A stretch of DNA of 41,070 nt from an uncultured Calditrichaceae bacterium. GTDB taxonomy: Bacteria > Calditrichota > Calditrichia > RBG-13-44-9 > J075. Positions 1 to 8,570 of this stretch are shown piece by piece. Under the pieces are notes generated by a model. That model did not search any database. It saw only the letters and a list, made by a program, of their open reading frames with translations, and was not told where the DNA came from. The number at the start of each line of letters is the position of its first letter. Position 1 is the first letter of the stretch. Made by a program: the position numbers and the translations under genes. Location: contig CAYQGB010000005.1 in NCBI GenBank assembly GCA_964416895.1, forward strand, positions 1 through 41,070, given 5' to 3'.

Positions 1-272
1 CCCTGGCCCAGCGGATGGAAGAACTCGCCGAGGCTCAGAAACGCACCGAACAGCGGCTGGATTCCCTGACTCAGCGAGTGGATTCCCTGGCCCAGCGGAT
101 GGAAGAACTCGCCGAGGCTCAGAAACGCACCGAACAGCGACTGGATTCCCTGGCCCGGCGGATGGAAGAACTCGCCGAAGCCCAAAAACGTACCGAACAG
201 CGGCTGGATTCCCTGGCCCGGCGGATGGAAGAACTCGCCAAAGCCCAAAAACGCACCGAGCAGCGACTGGAT
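1..272 (+). repeat. Intragenic 63-bp (21-aa) tandem repeat, at least 4 copies
   Basis: atggaagaactcgcc starts at 15, 99, 162 and 225; the first unit carries an extra 21 bp (one heptad). Confidence 0.95.
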
Positions 273-701
273 GGAGTAGCCACTCAGGTGGGTGGGCTGA
301 GCGATCACCTGGGTTACGGTCTGGAAAACGCCGCCTATGCTGTGTTGCCGGAAATCTTGAAAACTCGCTACAATATCCAGGTGGAGAAGCTATATCGCAC
401 CAATGTGGTGTATTCCCTCAAAGAGAACAAATATGACGAAGTAAACATCTTCGGAGAAGGGGTTCGCAACGGCCAGAAGATATATGTGGTGGGTGAGTGC
501 AAGTCTCGATTTGGAACTCGCAACCTTCGTCAAATGGAGAGCATGCTCAAACGGTTGGAGAAACATCTGGATGCTCCGATTTTCCCCATGGTACTGGCCC
601 ATCATTATCATCCCCAGGCGGAAGCGCTATTGAAGCAGCGCGACATTCCCTATATATGGTCATACGAACTGAAAACGAGTGATAATTTCGCCAACAATTA
701 A
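3..701 (+). CDS. 5'-truncated coiled-coil tandem-repeat protein with C-terminal PD-(D/E)XK-like domain (DUF3782/'chordopoxvirus fusion protein'-like)
   Basis: Frame is open from the window edge; repeated MEELAEAQKRTEQRLDSLA; C-terminal EVNI...GECK resembles a PD-(D/E)XK motif. Confidence 0.8.
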   Translation: MAQRMEELAEAQKRTEQRLDSLTQRVDSLAQRMEELAEAQKRTEQRLDSLARRMEELAEAQKRTEQRLDSLARRMEELAKAQKRTEQRLDGVATQVGGLSDHLGYGLENAAYAVLPEILKTRYNIQVEKLYRTNVVYSLKENKYDEVNIFGEGVRNGQKIYVVGECKSRFGTRNLRQMESMLKRLEKHLDAPIFPMVLAHHYHPQAEALLKQRDIPYIWSYELKTSDNFANN

Positions 702-834
702 TACTTTCCGGCCCACCGGAAGGAAGGGAGGAGTTTTCGTCCCGTTATGGAAATAGGATATCACAACATTTACTTCTGTTAAATTCGGTAACCATTCCAT
801 TGCCCCTGTTTTCTGTACTTCATCCTCATTCCCC

Positions 835-1653
835 ATGGACATCTTAAACCATCTCCCCCAAAAGCGATTTGAACAGATCGACGAACTGCTGGCGTTTATC
901 TCCATTTACGAAGACGACCGCCGTGCCGAGGCCTATCGGGCGCTGTTGCAGGCGCATGCTGCGGAAATCCGCGACCGCGTATGCGTGGAAGGCGGCTGCG
1001 GCCTGGGACTTTTTGCCGAGGAGATGGCCCGATTGGGCGCCAGAAAAGTGTATGCCGTGGAACAAAATCCACTACTGGCCGCCCTGGCCCGGCGCCGATT
1101 TCAGCAGTTGTCCGCGGACATCTCCCGGCGCATTGAACTGGTGGAATCCCCTCTGGAACAGTTTCGCCCCCCGCAACCGGTGGACGTGTTAGTGCACGAA
1201 TTCTACGGGCAACTCCTGTACGATGAAGACCTGTGGGTGCTGGAACAACTGCTTTTTCATCCCCGTCTGGTGCTTCCCGATGGAGGAGAACTGCTGGCGG
1301 GAGTGGTTTCGGCATCGGATTATGTGGATGAGGTGGTGTCGGCAGAAGTGCTGCAATCGCTGAAGGGGGTGCTGGTGTCCGGTTTGTTCGAGGAGCGCCT
1401 TACCGAATTGCAGTTTCCGGTGCTGCGGTGGCAGTTCGGGCAGGGATTGAAACAGATTACCGAAACCCTGCCGGATACATCCGGGGATTTACTCTGCTTC
1501 GGGTTGCAGATCACCCATCGGGGGGAACCGGTTTGTCAGGCGGGGGAATGCCCTAACTGGGCTTATGTCTGGACTCCCCGGGTGGGCAGGCGATTTCGCT
1601 TCCGGTTTCAGCCCACCGCTCGCGGCGCCACCTGCCATTTCCGATGGCAATAG
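835..1653 (+). CDS. Class I SAM-dependent methyltransferase, protein arginine methyltransferase (PRMT)-like
   Basis: DxxRxxxY (D27-R30-Y34), motif I VEGGCGLG, post-I VYAVE, VDVLVHE-FYGQLLYD-E double-E loop, LPDGG, C-terminal PNW. Confidence 0.8.
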   Translation: MDILNHLPQKRFEQIDELLAFISIYEDDRRAEAYRALLQAHAAEIRDRVCVEGGCGLGLFAEEMARLGARKVYAVEQNPLLAALARRRFQQLSADISRRIELVESPLEQFRPPQPVDVLVHEFYGQLLYDEDLWVLEQLLFHPRLVLPDGGELLAGVVSASDYVDEVVSAEVLQSLKGVLVSGLFEERLTELQFPVLRWQFGQGLKQITETLPDTSGDLLCFGLQITHRGEPVCQAGECPNWAYVWTPRVGRRFRFRFQPTARGATCHFRWQ

Positions 1654-1844
1654 ATCCCATCGGTGTATAATCTATGCACACCTACCGCCATTCCGGTAAC
1701 CCTCACACAGGTTTACACTTCTGTCTTTTTTCTCCCAAAATCCCCCAAAAGCAGATCCAGCTCCCTAAATTTCTCCCTCTTCAAAGCGTGTAGTCAGATT
1801 TTAATTACCCATAAGTTACTTATAATAATTATCTTATGGTCTTC

Positions 1845-1883
1845 AATCTTTCATCGTTAATCTTTCATCGTTAATCTTTCATC
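1845..1883. repeat. 14-bp tandem repeat aatctttcatcgtt, about 2.8 copies
   Basis: Copies start at 1845, 1859 and 1873. Confidence 0.9.
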
Positions 1884-1888
1884 ATAAC

Positions 1889-1907
1889 TGGCACACTCTT
1901 TGTTAAA
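1889..1907 (+). promoter_or_regulatory. Candidate sigma54-type -24/-12 element (TGGCAC-N5-TTGT)
   Basis: tggcacactctttgttaaa; -12 is GT rather than GC; same shape as the motif at 16403-16421. Confidence 0.35.
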
Positions 1908-2067
1908 ACCGAATTCCATTCGCTTGACGAAAGCGGAATCTCAGAACAGCCTCCATTTTCTATAATTGCCGTTCTATTTTCGGCGATAATATATTTTCTC
2001 GACGGAACACCCCTCTAAGGGCAAAATCGGGGTGTGATGGAAGTCATATAAAATTCAAAACTTGCTG

Positions 2068-2096
2068 TTTACATTAACGTGAAATTTTGCTAACTT
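2068..2096 (+). promoter_or_regulatory. Sigma70-type promoter TTTACA-N17-TAACTT with extended -10 TG
   Basis: 17-bp spacer, 15 bp upstream of ATG 2112. Confidence 0.55.
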
Positions 2097-2111
2097 AAAG
2101 GCAAATTCACT

Positions 2112-2609
2112 ATGATAACTTTCAAGGAAATTCAACGGGACATGGACGTGAGAGACTTGATCCAGGCAGTGGATGAAAATTTCCGGCTGTACCACCAACT
2201 ACTCAGCAAAATATACGAACGCCCGGTAGGCGAAGATCGGCAGGCGGATATGCTCAATGAGTTGTTGCGCACCATCGCCGTCATTCAAGATGAGGTGGTC
2301 GATTTTCGCCTCAAAAAGATCTTGCAGGAAGAGCACCCCTATCTTCCGCAGATCAGTATCGACAAGATCAGGATGAACCGGGACATCCAGCGTATTCCCC
2401 TGCCCCAGATTGTGGATCATTTTTTGCGCCAGCGTCAGGGGCTGGTAAAGTTACTCTCTTCCCTTTCCGGGGATACCTGGGAGCGCACCGGGGTTCATGA
2501 GGTGGAAGGCCACGTCTCGTTTAAAGAATTTGTCCGCCGCCTGGTAGAAAAAGACAAAGAAGTGCTCCACAAGCTAAGCGCCCTGATGAACACCCTGCAT
2601 TTATCTTGA
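2112..2609 (+). CDS. DinB/YfiT-like four-helix protein lacking canonical His ligands
   Basis: RLKKILQEEHPYL, F..QRQGLVKLL..LS...WERTGVH..EG.VS are typical DinB_2 segments. Confidence 0.7.
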   Translation: MITFKEIQRDMDVRDLIQAVDENFRLYHQLLSKIYERPVGEDRQADMLNELLRTIAVIQDEVVDFRLKKILQEEHPYLPQISIDKIRMNRDIQRIPLPQIVDHFLRQRQGLVKLLSSLSGDTWERTGVHEVEGHVSFKEFVRRLVEKDKEVLHKLSALMNTLHLS

Positions 2610-2780
2610 TGTTCCCGGGCTTTTCCCGGAAGTCCCCTGAATTTTCACCGGGATAGTGACGGTTTACTTCCTTCCCTGCTTCCCCACTGCCGGAAAAAAT
2701 CACATAATTTTATGTGCCTGGAAGTATTTGGGTGGGCACCTTTCCCTCCCCGGCCCATTTCCTGTCCGCAGATACGCTTT

Positions 2781-3350
2781 TCACCATGAAGGAATTTCTC
2801 TACCCCGTTCCCGGCGTCGCCATCCCCAAACGATTCCCCCACCGATGAGCATTCCCAACATCCAGCCGGCAACCACATCCAGGGGATAATGAACCCCCAC
2901 ATAAACCCGGGACAATCCGATCAAAAAACCCAGAAGCACCCAGATGACCGTCGAGCGGGGAAAGAAAGAGGCCATCACCCACCCGATGGCGGCGATATTC
3001 GCCGCATGACTGGAGGGAAACCCGTATTTGCTCCCACAGTGAACCAGCAGGCGAAACCCTTCCAGCACCTTGCAGGGGCGGTATCTTGCGATCAGCGGCT
3101 TCAGCAGGCTGCTGGATAGCTGATCCGCCAGTATGAGGGCCAGGAGGGTCAACAGAACCGCCCAACGCCCCCGCCGGCCTCCCTTCCACGTCAGCACTAC
3201 CAGCAAAATCCCCGCCGGAAGATACCAGTGCTGCTTGTGAGTGATGAAGGAAAAGAAAACGTCCAGATATGGGGTAGCCCACCCCAGGTTGATAGAGAAG
3301 AACAGGGAAGTGTCCAGGTCATTCAGATGTGACAGAAGCCGCGAAATCAC
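2781..3350 (-). CDS. PAP2 family membrane phosphatase (undecaprenyl-diphosphatase BcrC-like)
   Basis: KPLIARYRP, FPSSH, SRVYVGVHYPLD motifs; hydrophobic helices. Confidence 0.9.
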   Translation of the reverse strand: MISRLLSHLNDLDTSLFFSINLGWATPYLDVFFSFITHKQHWYLPAGILLVVLTWKGGRRGRWAVLLTLLALILADQLSSSLLKPLIARYRPCKVLEGFRLLVHCGSKYGFPSSHAANIAAIGWVMASFFPRSTVIWVLLGFLIGLSRVYVGVHYPLDVVAGWMLGMLIGGGIVWGWRRRERGREIPSW

Positions 3351-3364
3351 CGGGGAACAGCAGG

Positions 3365-4423
3365 CTACATGGTGGGATGGTAAGAGTACACTTTGCGCAC
3401 AGATTCCAGAATTTCCTGGCGATTGAACGGTTTGCGAATGAAATGCAGCGCGCCCCGGTTCAACGCCTCCTGCACCGCCTCATCCACGTCAAAACCGGAG
3501 GTCAGCAACACCTTGACGGAAGGATCGATGGCCTGCAACTGCTGAAGCACTTCCAGCCCGTCGGCATCGGGGAGATTGAAGTCGAGGATCACCAGCTCGA
3601 TCAGATGCCGGTCGGCGCGGTACAGATCCACCCCTTCATGGGCGGTTTCCGCCAGGATGACCTTGTAGGATTCGGCATCCAGCACATCCTGAATGATCTG
3701 GCGAAGGTTCTCTTCATCCTCAATCACCAGAATGTACCGGCTATCCCTGGAACGCTCCTCCAGCCCTTCCTGAATGTCGATCATCTTCATCCCCAGAGGC
3801 ACGTCCTGAATCTTGGGATGGGTGATTTCCCGCAGGCGCCGCAAAATTTCCGCAATCCTCATGGAGGATTTGTGCATCAACTGGATGTAATTGTTCAGCC
3901 GGGAATTGTCGATGCCCAGCTTTTGCAACTCCATGCGGATCATGTCGATGGCGGAGATGATCACCGTCAGAGGCTGGTTAATTTCATGGTTGGCGGTGGC
4001 AATGGTGGCATTGTAGGTCAGCTGACGTTCCGCTTCGTACAGGCGGCGTTCCAGTTCAATTCGTTCAAAGGCCTTTTCCACCCGGATCTGCAGCTCCTCC
4101 AGGTTGATGGGCTTCAGCAAATAATCGTTAGCGCCCAGGCGAACCGCCTGGACCGCCGTTTCAATAGACGCATGACCGGTGAGGAGAATGGTGGCCAGAT
4201 CCTTCCCCAACTCTCGTACCCGCTCCAACAGGTCAATCCCACTAATCCCTTCCATGATCAGGTCGGTCAGCAGCATGTCGAAGTCCTGTTCTTGCAATAA
4301 CTTGAGCGCTTCGTTGCCGTTGCTACACAGGATCACTTCGTAATCATGCTGCTCGAGCGCTTTCTTGAGCATCAACCGGCTGGCGTAATCATCATCTACT
4401 ACCAAAATTTTGTAGGCGCTCAT
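3365..4423 (-). CDS. REC-HisKA(DHp)-REC signalling protein without ATPase domain
   Basis: N-terminal REC (VDDD, TDLIM, KP), H-box HEINQPLTVI, C-terminal REC (IEDE, LDFNLP, KPF). Confidence 0.85.
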   Translation of the reverse strand: MSAYKILVVDDDYASRLMLKKALEQHDYEVILCSNGNEALKLLQEQDFDMLLTDLIMEGISGIDLLERVRELGKDLATILLTGHASIETAVQAVRLGANDYLLKPINLEELQIRVEKAFERIELERRLYEAERQLTYNATIATANHEINQPLTVIISAIDMIRMELQKLGIDNSRLNNYIQLMHKSSMRIAEILRRLREITHPKIQDVPLGMKMIDIQEGLEERSRDSRYILVIEDEENLRQIIQDVLDAESYKVILAETAHEGVDLYRADRHLIELVILDFNLPDADGLEVLQQLQAIDPSVKVLLTSGFDVDEAVQEALNRGALHFIRKPFNRQEILESVRKVYSYHPTM

Positions 4424-4616
4424 AAGCCTCCCCAGAGTTGTTTTGTCGATGATCAGCCAAAAGTAGTCCGTATCAAGTTAATGGTTATAAACGAAAATCA
4501 CAAACATTAGAAAATGTTTGTTGGGGGATGGTCATGAGAGAATGGAATCGAATGCTCCGGGCGTCGATACAACAGCAGGGGTAGAGACAAAGACCCGACC
4601 TCCCCAGAAGGGCAAT

Positions 4617-5546
4617 TCAGCGAGGTTCTCGAGATTTGATCAAAGTGATGGAATTTCCGGCCTCATTAAAATACACTTCGTCGATGACATGGCGAATTAG
4701 CAGAAACCCCCTCCCATAAGCTTCCGTACTCCCCTGATAGAACTGGTTGGATTCGCCGACATATCGGCGCCAGTCAAACCCCGGTCCTTCATCCGCAATC
4801 GTGAGGGAGAAACGTTCCGGGTTGAACAGGAAAGAGATTTTCACCAGGCGGTTACCGTAGTGAGGATCCTTCATACGCTCCTGTCGCAGCCTGTCAAACT
4901 CTCCCAATTTCTGAAAATCATCTCCCTTGATCGACGAGGGTAGTTCCAGGTTCCCGTGTTCAATAGCGTTGATCAGAGTTTCGATGAAGGCCATGTAATA
5001 CTGATGATACTCCTCCTGATCGCAAAATCCTGAATTTACCAGGAAACGGGCCAGATAATCGGCCATTACCGCCTCATTTAATTCTCTGGTGGGAACCTCC
5101 CAATTTATACTCATGGCCTGGGTGAACCGGAAAATGCGTTCCTTCAGTTGAGCGCTAATTCGATGCCGAAGCACCTTTTCCACAATTTTCCGCACTTCAC
5201 TAAGCTCGAACGGCTTGGTGATGTAATCAATCGCCCCATGCTTGATGGCGGAAATCGCATAATCCAGAGTTTTCAGGCCGGTAATGATGATCACCGGCAG
5301 CCCCTGGCGAATACTTCGGGCTACCTGAAGGAAATCAATCCCGGACATCCCCGGAAGGTCAATATCGGTAATCACCAGGTCCAGGCCATTCTCTTTCCGG
5401 ACCAGGTCGATTCCCCTCTCGGCGGTAGGCGCTTCCAGCACCACATAATCCAGGGAGCGGAAATATTCGCACAACATGTTCAGAATGGCTTCCTCATCAT
5501 CAATGATGAGAATGCGAGGGGGTCTTTCCACGGAAGTGTGCGGCAT
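4617..5546 (-). CDS. Receiver domain fused to RsbW-like anti-sigma/Ser kinase (HATPase_c_2)
   Basis: REC (IDDE, TDIDLPG, KPF) plus ETLINAIEHGN, DEGPGFD, GRGFLLI boxes. Confidence 0.85.
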   Translation of the reverse strand: MPHTSVERPPRILIIDDEEAILNMLCEYFRSLDYVVLEAPTAERGIDLVRKENGLDLVITDIDLPGMSGIDFLQVARSIRQGLPVIIITGLKTLDYAISAIKHGAIDYITKPFELSEVRKIVEKVLRHRISAQLKERIFRFTQAMSINWEVPTRELNEAVMADYLARFLVNSGFCDQEEYHQYYMAFIETLINAIEHGNLELPSSIKGDDFQKLGEFDRLRQERMKDPHYGNRLVKISFLFNPERFSLTIADEGPGFDWRRYVGESNQFYQGSTEAYGRGFLLIRHVIDEVYFNEAGNSITLIKSREPR

Positions 5547-5551
5547 GGGTT

Positions 5552-5857
5552 TTACGGTTCGATGGGAAACAGTTGGTCTAACTTGATGGATTTGAAAAGC
5601 TCCAGCAGGTTGTCGTTGATGCCCTTCACCCGCATGCGCTTTCCCCGGGCCACGACGTTTTTATAGAAAATCAGGATTTTGCCGATCCCCGAAGAGGTGA
5701 TGAAGGGAACGTATCGGAAATCGAAAATAGCTTCCTCAAAATCTCTGGTTAGCAGTTGCTGAAATTCCTGCTTCAGTTCTTCGGCATTCTCGTTATCCAC
5801 CGCCCCCAGAATGGTAACATACACCTTCCCTTCCCGTTCTTCCACTTTAAATTCCAT
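5552..5857 (-). CDS. STAS-domain anti-anti-sigma factor (RsbV/SpoIIAA-like)
   Basis: 101 aa; DFRYVPFITSSGIG phospho-Ser motif; GGAGG SD upstream. Confidence 0.9.
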   Translation of the reverse strand: MEFKVEEREGKVYVTILGAVDNENAEELKQEFQQLLTRDFEEAIFDFRYVPFITSSGIGKILIFYKNVVARGKRMRVKGINDNLLELFKSIKLDQLFPIEP

Positions 5858-6072
5858 ACCGACCTCCAGGTACCTGAATCACTTCGGATTGTATATTTCT
5901 CATTCCTCAACGCCTGAAAATTTTGTTTTCCCGGCGCCCCGCCCCTCTTTTTACGGTTGGAAGTATTGACCCATGCAAGCGCATTTAGCGAATTCCGAAA
6001 CTAATTGAGATAGTTTCGACAGGGTTTCTCAAAATATGAGTAGAATTCCCTTCGCCGGTTGAGACCTTCTCC

Positions 6073-6507
6073 TCAGGAGGGAGTGGATTTCATTGATGGC
6101 AGCGCCGGCAATTGCCGGAGCCGGCGGGCGATTTCCACATCGGCATCCGAAAGATCGTAATCCAGCAGCCGGAAGCGGGATACCCAGCGAATTTCATCGT
6201 GATCCGTGAGCCGCCAGTTTTCCCCGGTAATGCGACAAAAATACCCTAACAGCAGGATATTCTGGGTGGGATAGGCATGGTTCACCGCCCAGAACGGAGC
6301 ATACACCTCAATGGTTATTCCCATCTCTTCTTCAATTTCCCGGCACAGGCAGGCCTCCGGCGCCTCTCCGGGGCGCAACTTCCCGCCGGGAAACTCCCAC
6401 TTTCCCCCATTTCGAAGATGCGACTTGCGACGGGCAATTAACACTTCTCCCTGATCATTCACAATGAGCGCCGCCGTCACCGGGATAATGCAGGAACCGT
6501 TCTCCAT
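6073..6507 (-). CDS. mutT: NUDIX hydrolase, MutT/NudG-like
   Basis: WEFPGGKLRPGE...REIEEEMG Nudix box. Confidence 0.8.
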   Translation of the reverse strand: MENGSCIIPVTAALIVNDQGEVLIARRKSHLRNGGKWEFPGGKLRPGEAPEACLCREIEEEMGITIEVYAPFWAVNHAYPTQNILLLGYFCRITGENWRLTDHDEIRWVSRFRLLDYDLSDADVEIARRLRQLPALPSMKSTPS

Positions 6508-7478
6508 TACAGTTGCCTGGCAATTTCGGCGATGATCCTTTCCTTCAGTTCCAGGGGATCTCCGGAAGCCCGACAGCCGGCGGCGTGAACATGTCCCCCG
6601 CCTCCGAACACCCGGGCCACCCGGTTGACATCCACGTTCCCTTTGGAACGAAAGCTCACTTTGACAAAATTGGGTTCCGCCTCGCGAATAAACAATCCCA
6701 CTTCCACCCCCTTAACCGCCAGGCTATAATTGGCCAGCTCTTCCAGATCCAGATGGCGGGCATTTTGCATTACCTCCAGGGGGAGATAGATGACGCAGAC
6801 CTTCCCCTCCAGATACGCCTCCATATTGGCCAGCCCCATCCCGATGGTTCGCAGCGATTCGATGTTGTGGCTGAAAAAAAGGTGGTTGGCGATCACGTTG
6901 GGTTTGGTGCCGTGGGAAACCAGATCGGCAGCAATTTCAAAATCGCGCTGGTTGGTGTTGGAAAAGGAGAACCGCCCCGTGTCATACATAATCCCGCTAA
7001 ATAACAGGCTGGATAGATGCACGTCAAAAGGAATATCGCTTCGCACCAGAATTTCGTAAACCAGCTGGCAGGTGGAACTGGCCGCAACATCCACCAGGTT
7101 ATATTGCGAAAAATCCTCCTCCATGGGATGGTGATCGATTTTTACGCACACGTTCGGTTCCGGGAGCAGGGCAGCGGGATCGCCGATCCGGGCTTTGGTG
7201 GGCACATCAACCACAATGGCCGCATCGTAGCGATGGGGCCAGGGATTGGTATAGGAGAGGATTTTATCCCATCCCCATAGATAGCTGTATTTTTCCTCTC
7301 TCTCCTGATCATGGAAAACCACATGATATTTTTTGCCTTTGGCCTCCAGAAAATAAGCCACCGCCAACGCCGAACCATAGGCATCCCCATCTGCGTTCAA
7401 GTGTGTGGTGACCAAAAAATTGTCCTGCTCACACATGAATCGCAGGATCTTTTCATAGACCTGCTCTCGATCACTCAT
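6507..7478 (-). CDS. nrnA: DHH/DHHA1 nanoRNase/pAp phosphatase
   Basis: HxxxDGD, IDHH, DTG.F, SFRS, GGGHVHAAG motifs. Confidence 0.88.
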   Translation of the reverse strand: MSDREQVYEKILRFMCEQDNFLVTTHLNADGDAYGSALAVAYFLEAKGKKYHVVFHDQEREEKYSYLWGWDKILSYTNPWPHRYDAAIVVDVPTKARIGDPAALLPEPNVCVKIDHHPMEEDFSQYNLVDVAASSTCQLVYEILVRSDIPFDVHLSSLLFSGIMYDTGRFSFSNTNQRDFEIAADLVSHGTKPNVIANHLFFSHNIESLRTIGMGLANMEAYLEGKVCVIYLPLEVMQNARHLDLEELANYSLAVKGVEVGLFIREAEPNFVKVSFRSKGNVDVNRVARVFGGGGHVHAAGCRASGDPLELKERIIAEIARQL

Positions 7479-7692
7479 TAACCAAGCTCCGCCTTAGCTC
7501 GTGAAAAACCGGAATGACACTTGTCGGTTAAGAATTGGGCTACTTGTTTGTCCATTTATTCCATAGAGGAAAATATAATCAGATCGGCACAAAAAATTCA
7601 ATTGCTGTAAAATTTTTGTGTCAATCCGGGGAATTTGGGGTTCCCACCTGTTCAGGATCGATCCGGTCGGGAACCGAAAATGTTTTTTCCAG

Positions 7693-7723
7693 TTGTTTTG
7701 AATATTCAGGAGGATTAAATTTG
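7693..7723 (+). promoter_or_regulatory. Candidate promoter of tRNA-Arg (TTGTTT-N17-TAAATT)
   Basis: 17-bp spacing just upstream of the tRNA. Confidence 0.4.
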
Positions 7724-7758
7724 CACCGCTTTTTGAAGCAGCAATACATATTCTTCTT

Positions 7759-7835
7759 GCGCCCGTAGTTCAACTGGATAGAACGCCTGACTACGGATCA
7801 GGAGGTTGGGGGTTCGACTCCTCCCGGGCGCACCA
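7759..7835 (+). tRNA. tRNA-Arg (ACG)
   Basis: Acceptor GCGCCCG/CGGGCGC, anticodon arm cctga-CTACGGA-tcagg, GGTTCGA T-loop, encoded CCA. Confidence 0.97.
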
Positions 7836-7838
7836 GAT

Positions 7839-7864
7839 AAAAAAGGGAGCTTCTCCCTTTTTTT
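7839..7864 (+). terminator. Intrinsic terminator between tRNA-Arg and tadA
   Basis: aaaaaagggag-ctt-ctccctttttt hairpin with T tract. Confidence 0.7.
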
Positions 7865-7872
7865 AATGAACG

Positions 7873-8337
7873 ATGCGGAACTTCACTCACGAATACTGGA
7901 TGGATTTGGCCTTTAAGGAGGCGGAAAAAGCCTATCAGGCCGGTGAGGTTCCCATCGGTGCGGTAGTGGTCTTTGAAAATCGGATTATCGGTCGAGGGCA
8001 TAACTCCACCGAACGCCTGCAAGATCCCACAGCCCATGCGGAGGTGCTGGCTATCACCGCGGCGGCAGAATATCTGGGGTCCCGCCGACTGCTGGATACG
8101 ACCCTGTATGTCACCCTGGAACCCTGCGCCATGTGCGCCGGCGCCATTGTGCTGGCCCGCATTCCCCGGCTGGTATATGGGGCTTCGGATCCCAAAGCGG
8201 GGGCCTGCGGCACTCTCTTTAACATTGTGCAGGACAAGCGGCTCAATCACCGGGTAGAAGTGATTGCGGGCATTCGGGAGAGTAAATGCGCCCTGATCTT
8301 ATCCGATTTTTTTCGTAAGCTTCGGGAGACCAATTGA
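7873..8337 (+). CDS. tadA: tRNA adenosine(34) deaminase
   Basis: EVPIGA, DPTAHAE, TLEPCAMCAGA motifs. Confidence 0.96.
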   Translation: MRNFTHEYWMDLAFKEAEKAYQAGEVPIGAVVVFENRIIGRGHNSTERLQDPTAHAEVLAITAAAEYLGSRRLLDTTLYVTLEPCAMCAGAIVLARIPRLVYGASDPKAGACGTLFNIVQDKRLNHRVEVIAGIRESKCALILSDFFRKLRETN

Positions 8338-8341
8338 GATC

Positions 8342-8429
<88 letters not shown>

Positions 8430-8476
8430 TAATTTTTTTGGAGTATTCCCCCTTACTTCCATCCCCCAAATTGTTC

Positions 8477-8515
8477 TGAAAAAATAGCCCTCCCTGCCAT
8501 TGCCTCAGGGAGGGC
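8477..8515 (-). terminator. Intrinsic terminator downstream of korB
   Basis: gccctccctg/cagggagggc stem followed by T run on the minus strand. Confidence 0.7.
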
Positions 8516-8570
8516 CAATATACGTTCTCCACCCGGTACCGTGAGCGAGTGCAAGGCTCACAACAGCCCG

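Noticed and set aside
1-272. CRISPR or mobile-element interpretation of the 63-bp repeats
   Set aside because: Contiguous in-frame coding repeats with no unique spacers
1663-1860. Small ORFs in intergenic regions (1663-1860, 12414-12656, 12601-12837, 40656-40859)
   Set aside because: Weak starts, no SD, low-complexity or repeat-derived translations
3329-4300. 323-aa + strand ORF
   Set aside because: Antisense shadow of the REC-DHp-REC gene
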